Under the pieces are notes generated by a model that searched no databases, was not told where the DNA came from, and worked only from the letters and a program-made list of their open reading frames with translations. Shown here one piece after another: positions 27,735-32,000 of a DNA stretch of 32,000 nt. Made by a program: the position numbers and the translations under genes. Positions within the stretch are counted from its first letter, which is position 1. Every line of letters begins with the position of its first letter. This stretch comes from Vibrio cholerae ATCC 14035 (GTDB lineage: Bacteria; Pseudomonadota; Gammaproteobacteria; Enterobacterales; Vibrionaceae): the NCBI RefSeq assembly GCF_000621645.1, contig NZ_KK211322.1, positions 141,717-173,716 of the forward strand, given 5' to 3'.

Positions 27735-28262
27735 GTGTTAAACAAGATTCGCACTCAACTGGTTCAGAACGCTGCTTCAATTTTGCGATCTCCAATCCAC
27801 TTATTGCCCCAAAACGTTCAAAAAAAAGCCTTGCTTGATGCAATGGGTTTAGTATTCCGCGAAGCCTTACAGGACGGAGACTTCGAATTCCTCGAAGATA
27901 AATGGCTGAAAGTCGAAGTAAAAGACATGGAATTGCGCTGGTTTATCAGTTACCAAAACGACAAGTTAGTCGTCGCAGATAAACCCGTCGCTGAAGATGT
28001 GAGTTTTAGCGGAAATCTGAATGATTTGGTTTTAATCGCCGGACGTAAGGAAGATCCAGATACGCTGTTCTTCCAGCGTCGACTCTCCATCGAAGGGGAT
28101 ACCGAACTCGGTTTGGAAGTGAAAAACCTGATGGATAGCGTGGATCTACAACAATTGCCGAAAGCGTTACAGATTTTGCTTCACCAACTGGCCGATTTTG
28201 TGCATAAAGGGATGCAAACGCCGAATTCATCCCACGAGGTTATTAATGCTTATTCGAACTGA
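27735..28262 (+). CDS. ubiT: SCP2-domain ubiquinone accessory factor UbiT (YhbT)
   Basis: 175 aa, GTG start. Colinear with E. coli YhbT (LEFLE..WL...V.D..L.WF, DPDTLFFQRRL.IEGDTELGL.VKNLMD). Confidence 0.9.
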   Translation: MLNKIRTQLVQNAASILRSPIHLLPQNVQKKALLDAMGLVFREALQDGDFEFLEDKWLKVEVKDMELRWFISYQNDKLVVADKPVAEDVSFSGNLNDLVLIAGRKEDPDTLFFQRRLSIEGDTELGLEVKNLMDSVDLQQLPKALQILLHQLADFVHKGMQTPNSSHEVINAYSN

Positions 28263-28749
28263 AGCGCCTGCTGATATTTTGGTGGTCGATCAACTGTTGA
28301 AAAACGTCTTTGCTACTGAGGCAGAGGCGGATTTAGTGATGGCGCTGCGTGAAAATGGCCAGCGCACTTTGTCACTGGTGGCTTGCGATGATGAAGGTGA
28401 GATTGTTGGGCATGTGATGTTCAGTCCTGTCACGTTAGAAGGCGAGGATCTCAACTGGCAAGGTCTTGCACCTCTCGCGGTAAAAGAAGAATACCGTCGC
28501 CAAGGCATTGGTGCCGAGTTAGTCAAAGAAGGGTTAAGCTCGCTTGGGGAGCTTGGCTATCCTGCTTGTGTGGTGCTTGGCGATCCGGCCTACTACTCAC
28601 GTTTTGGCTTTGAAGATGCCGCGCGTTATTCGCTGCGTTGTGCTTGGGATGTACCGCAGGGAGCATTTCAAGTGGTGGCGCTATGGGAGCGTGAGTTAGA
28701 TGGTCGATGTGGAGTGATTGAATACAGCCAAGAGTTTGCGGCTTTATAA
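28246..28749 (+). CDS. yhbS: GNAT-family N-acetyltransferase YhbS
   Basis: 167 aa from the ATG at 28246 (MLIRTEAP...), colinear with E. coli YhbS (FSPV...GEDL.W.GLAPLAV...YR.QG, LGDPA.YSRFGFE). Overlaps the ubiT 3' end by 17 nt. The ORF-track start at 28198 is an out-of-context extension. Confidence 0.9.
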   Translation: MLIRTEAPADILVVDQLLKNVFATEAEADLVMALRENGQRTLSLVACDDEGEIVGHVMFSPVTLEGEDLNWQGLAPLAVKEEYRRQGIGAELVKEGLSSLGELGYPACVVLGDPAYYSRFGFEDAARYSLRCAWDVPQGAFQVVALWERELDGRCGVIEYSQEFAAL

Positions 28750-28764
28750 ATCCAATCCATACTG

Positions 28765-28790
28765 AAAAGGAGCCTTTCTGCTCCTTTTTC
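28765..28790 (+). terminator. Rho-independent terminator after yhbS
   Basis: AAAAGGAGC-CTTTCT-GCTCCTTTTT. Confidence 0.65.
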
Positions 28791-28859
28791 TCTCTAGTCC
28801 TTGAGTCGTCTATCACCAGTTTGTTAGCATTGCCGCTCAGATAGGCTGCGAGTAACACC

Positions 28860-29267
28860 ATGCTTTCTTCTTCACACTATTTGTCCGCGATGGACATTCA
28901 ACAATGGGAATTGATCCATCCAGAGCGTTTGGCCGGATTTCAGCCGCGCACACAAACGCTGGATCACGATTGCCGACTCTTGTTGGTGGCCAATCAACCG
29001 CCACAAGGCGCGGAAATTCTGTTGCTGGAGAGAATTCTCAAAAGCTTTCAGCTTGAGCTGTCGATGGTTCGCTACATCGCACCGATTCAGCTCAGTCAAC
29101 TTGCCTATACTGGACTCGAGTGGATCTGGTTTGCGGGCTGCGATCCCTTATCTCATCAGGCTCAAAAACAGCTGCATTCACCGCGGTTGAGTGACATTGA
29201 TGGCAATACTCAATACCGCCGCGCGTTGTGGCAGCAAATTTGCGCTCATCAAGGAATCGCATCATGA
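28860..29267 (+). CDS. holD: DNA polymerase III subunit psi
   Basis: 135 aa. Weak but characteristic similarity to E. coli HolD (..QQWEL..P, C-terminal RRALWQQIC). Conserved holD-rimI pairing with an ATGA overlap. Confidence 0.85.
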   Translation: MLSSSHYLSAMDIQQWELIHPERLAGFQPRTQTLDHDCRLLLVANQPPQGAEILLLERILKSFQLELSMVRYIAPIQLSQLAYTGLEWIWFAGCDPLSHQAQKQLHSPRLSDIDGNTQYRRALWQQICAHQGIAS

Positions 29268-29713
29268 CGACTGTTTTTACTGCAATGCAACCGACCCATC
29301 TGGATGCTGTTTGGCGCATTGAATGTGCAGCGCATTCCCATCCTTGGGCGGAGTCCTTAGTGCGTGATTTAACTAGCCGTGGAGCATGCCATCAAGTCAT
29401 GTTGGTGGATCAACAGGTTGTGGGGTATTTCTATGCCCAGAATATTGTTGGCGAAGTGACCTTATTGAATATTGCGATTGATCCGGCGCAGCAAGGCAAA
29501 GGTTATGGTCAGCAGCTTTTGCAGCACTTTATTGCGTTGTGTGAACAGCAAAAAGCAGAAAGCGCATGGCTAGAAGTGCGCGAAAGTAATCAGCGAGCTT
29601 TTGCGCTGTATCAGCGAGCGGGGTTTAATGAAATCGATCGCCGTGTTAACTATTACCCCGTGGCAAAGGGTAAAAGTGAAGATGCGATCATCATGAGCTA
29701 CCTATTTTTGTAA
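29264..29713 (+). CDS. rimI: Ribosomal protein S18-alanine N-acetyltransferase
   Basis: 149 aa from the ATG at 29264, overlapping the holD TGA. GNAT motif A (QQGKGYGQQLL) and LEVRESN..A..LY...GF. Confidence 0.9.
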   Translation: MTTVFTAMQPTHLDAVWRIECAAHSHPWAESLVRDLTSRGACHQVMLVDQQVVGYFYAQNIVGEVTLLNIAIDPAQQGKGYGQQLLQHFIALCEQQKAESAWLEVRESNQRAFALYQRAGFNEIDRRVNYYPVAKGKSEDAIIMSYLFL

Positions 29714-31759
29714 ACTGTTTGTCGCAACGGGTAAGGTTTGAATTTTGCGATAACTGTTGCTGACAAAACGCTGTGCAATCTCTTCGGCTCGCAGCGGTTT
29801 ATCAAACAGGTAGCCTTGGAATTGGTTACACCCCAGTTTTTTGAGTGCGGCCAACTCAGAGGTGTCTTCCACCCCTTCGGCAATCACTTCTAAATTCAGT
29901 TTTCTGGCAATCGCTAAGATTGTGTCGACGATCGCTTGATCGTTATCATCAAGGTGCAGTTGATTGACAAACGAGCGGTCAATTTTCAGCACATCGACCG
30001 CAAGATGCTTGAGGTAACGCAGCGAAGAGTAGCCTGTTCCAAAGTCATCAATCGAAATACTGATTTGGCTCTCTTTCAACTTGGCCATTTTTTCTATGGC
30101 GCTCTCAACGTTTTCCAGCAGTAAGCTTTCAGTTATCTCTAATTCTATCGGCTCCCCCGTGATCCCTGCTTGGCGTAAAGCGTGGTTCACCTGCTCAATA
30201 AAAGACTCCTGAGCAAACTGTAGTGGGCTGATATTGATCGCCAAACGGCGAAAATGGGGCGGTAAAATGCCTTGTTTTTTCCACTGGGCATATTGATAAC
30301 ACGCTTGCTCAATGATCCAGTTGCCTATCGGTAAAATTTGTCCTGTTTCTTCTGCGATCGGCATAAAAACACCGGGAGGCAACAACCCTCGTTTAGGATG
30401 GTTCCAGCGGATCAGCGCTTCGACACCAATAATGTTGTGCTGCTCGTCGACCTGAGGTTGGTAGAAAAGCTCGAGTTGGCGCTGATTGAGCGCTTCATGC
30501 AAGCCTTTTTCAATTTCAAGGAAAGACTCCACCTGCGCCTGCATTTCCGGCTCATAGAACATGAACTTGTTACGCCCACTGGCTTTGGCGCGATACAGTG
30601 CGGTATCCGCTTGACGTAATACATCAATATTACAGCTTCCTACGGAAGGGAAAACCGAAATCCCGATACTCACGGTACAGTAGAACTGGTGATCGTCCAC
30701 CGCATAAGGGTTGGAAATCAGAGTGAGTAGCTGCTTGGCCACTTCCTCAGCTTTCGCAGGCGAGAGATAAGGGATCAGCACTGCAAACTCATCGCCACCA
30801 ATTCGTGCTGACAGGTAGTCGTTTTTAGTCCATGCCTCCATGCGCAGCGCCACGGCTTTAATCAACTGGTCACCGATGGTATGACCGAGTGAGTCATTAA
30901 TGGTTTTAAAGCGATCCAAGTCGAGATAGAACAGTACGCCAGTACTGTGCGAGTTTTGCGCAGTTTCAATCGCATCACTCAATTTTTGCAGCAACAAACT
31001 GCGATTGGCGAGGCCAGTGAGGCTGTCATAATAAGCCAATTGATTGAGTTTCGATTCTGCTAGCTCTTTGCCTTTCCACATCGATTGAAACGTCGACGCG
31101 AGCTCACTGAGTTCATCGTCATGAGTAAGACGAAGAGGCAGAGGTGAGCGCTGTGTGTCATTGAGTGAGTTAACCCAAGTGATCAGCATGGTGATTGGGC
31201 GAGAGAGCTTTTGGTAGAAAAACAGCAGTAAAATGGTCGTCAATAGCGTATTACGTAATAGGTCGAAGAGCAGTACGCGAGTGGTTTTGGCGATGAACAC
31301 CTTGGCTATTGATGAGCCATCGATGTAGAAGCTCAGTTTGCCGACCACCACGTTGGAGTTAGGTTGATGCAGCTCAGCACTAAACACGGAAACCGCAGGG
31401 GTAAGATAGCTGGCGAGTACACTGACTAATTGACTCTGTTCACTGATTGCTTTTTCTTTACGTGTCATCACATCGCCAAAGTCATCCACAATCTCCACTT
31501 TGAAGATGCCAGGGTCGAGCATCAAGGTGGTGGCGACTTGCTCGGCGAGTAGATTATTAAGATGGTAAGCCGCCTGACTGGCGTTTTCATAACTCTGCAC
31601 CAATTTAAAGTTATAGTGCTCCTGCACCTTGCTCTGCTCTTGGTGCAGATCGGATAAGGTGTGGTAAAAACTAAAACAGAGTCCCAACAGTACAGAGACT
31701 AAAAACACGCTTTTGGCTTGCTTAAAGGCCAAAGAATGAATCTTGCGAAATTTGGTCAT
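29702..31759 (-). CDS. cdgI: Membrane-anchored sensor GGDEF-EAL protein (TM - periplasmic region - TM - HAMP-like linker - GGDEF - EAL)
   Basis: 685 aa. Two hydrophobic segments (about residues 17-33 and 162-183). Intact GGDEF (RIGGDEFAV) and EAL motifs (EALIRW, EITES, DDFGTGYSS, KIDRSF, EGVED, QGY). The symbol is a tentative recollection for the V. cholerae gene between rimI and prfC. Confidence 0.85.
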   Translation of the reverse strand: MTKFRKIHSLAFKQAKSVFLVSVLLGLCFSFYHTLSDLHQEQSKVQEHYNFKLVQSYENASQAAYHLNNLLAEQVATTLMLDPGIFKVEIVDDFGDVMTRKEKAISEQSQLVSVLASYLTPAVSVFSAELHQPNSNVVVGKLSFYIDGSSIAKVFIAKTTRVLLFDLLRNTLLTTILLLFFYQKLSRPITMLITWVNSLNDTQRSPLPLRLTHDDELSELASTFQSMWKGKELAESKLNQLAYYDSLTGLANRSLLLQKLSDAIETAQNSHSTGVLFYLDLDRFKTINDSLGHTIGDQLIKAVALRMEAWTKNDYLSARIGGDEFAVLIPYLSPAKAEEVAKQLLTLISNPYAVDDHQFYCTVSIGISVFPSVGSCNIDVLRQADTALYRAKASGRNKFMFYEPEMQAQVESFLEIEKGLHEALNQRQLELFYQPQVDEQHNIIGVEALIRWNHPKRGLLPPGVFMPIAEETGQILPIGNWIIEQACYQYAQWKKQGILPPHFRRLAINISPLQFAQESFIEQVNHALRQAGITGEPIELEITESLLLENVESAIEKMAKLKESQISISIDDFGTGYSSLRYLKHLAVDVLKIDRSFVNQLHLDDNDQAIVDTILAIARKLNLEVIAEGVEDTSELAALKKLGCNQFQGYLFDKPLRAEEIAQRFVSNSYRKIQTLPVATNSLQK

Positions 31760-31968
31760 AGGCCCGACTTCATTTTTTTCTACTCTCTACAGTTATAGTC
31801 CAAATTTATTGATAAATTAATTAAAACTGCCATGAGAAAATATGAATTCACTCATTGAATACAGTGAAGTTGCTCCCTGCGCCAAGATAGGGGAGAATAC
31901 CGCGCAAATTTGAACCGAAACGCTCGCTAGCTTATGTTGGGCTGATTGAGCACAAAGAGAACTTGTTG

Positions 31969-32000
31969 ATGTCAACTACACCCTATTTCGGCGAAGTATC
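31969..32000 (+). CDS. prfC: Peptide chain release factor 3, 5' end only (truncated by window edge)
   Basis: ATG at 31969 encodes MSTTPYFGEV..., resembling the PrfC N-terminus (E. coli MTLSPYLQEV...). Only about 10 codons are visible. Confidence 0.45.
   Translation, partial: MSTTPYFGEV

Noticed and set aside
27649-27843. Two 60-64-aa ORFs on opposite strands in the rocS-ubiT intergenic region.
   Set aside because: They are mutually overlapping, lack an RBS and cover the probable divergent promoter region and the ubiT 5' end.
31832-31858. 8-codon mini-ORF (MRKYEFTH) and nearby inverted repeat TTCACT...AGTGAA in the spacer between the second GGDEF-EAL gene and prfC.
   Set aside because: It is too short, has no RBS, and I cannot assess conservation. 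It is most simply promoter or UTR sequence for the two divergent genes.

Overview
This window reads as conserved gamma-proteobacterial core genome. From protein sequences I recognise (OmpU, RocS-like GGDEF-EAL protein) and from gene order it is most likely Vibrio cholerae chromosome 1; this is recollection, no search was run.

Gene order: tyrS (type-2) > | < dacB < ompU | greA > | < yhbY | rlmE-ftsH-folP-glmM > secG-tRNA-Leu(GAG) > tRNA-fMet(metY)-rimP-nusA-infB-rbfA-truB > rpsO > pnp > nlpI > MarR-family regulator + MATE efflux pump > | < ubiV < ubiU < rocS (PAS-PAS-GGDEF-EAL) | ubiT-yhbS > holD-rimI > | < second membrane GGDEF-EAL gene | prfC 5' end >.

All long ORFs are intact. Several ORF-track starts look over-extended, and I trimmed them by homology and RBS position. 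I see no CRISPR array, transposase, integrase, phage gene or recognisable defence system, and no convincing novel multi-gene system.

The observations most worth follow-up are regulatory or architectural:
1. A PAS-GGDEF-EAL gene sits at the head of the O2-independent ubiquinone operon ubiUV. It is divergent from ubiT-yhbS, and the GNAT gene yhbS overlaps ubiT by 17 nt.
2. A 4-5 copy 17-bp tandem repeat array lies in the rpsO-pnp leader, followed by a hairpin that sequesters the pnp SD and AUG.
3. A 9-bp-arm palindrome abuts the MarR-family start codon, and its half-site recurs in front of the MATE pump gene.
4. rimI and the second GGDEF-EAL gene overlap convergently by 12 bp, with no terminator between them.
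5. Several unusual hairpins occur: glmM-secG, the metY-rimP tandem terminators, and infB-rbfA.

Coordinates of small motifs were counted by hand and could be off by 1-2 nt.
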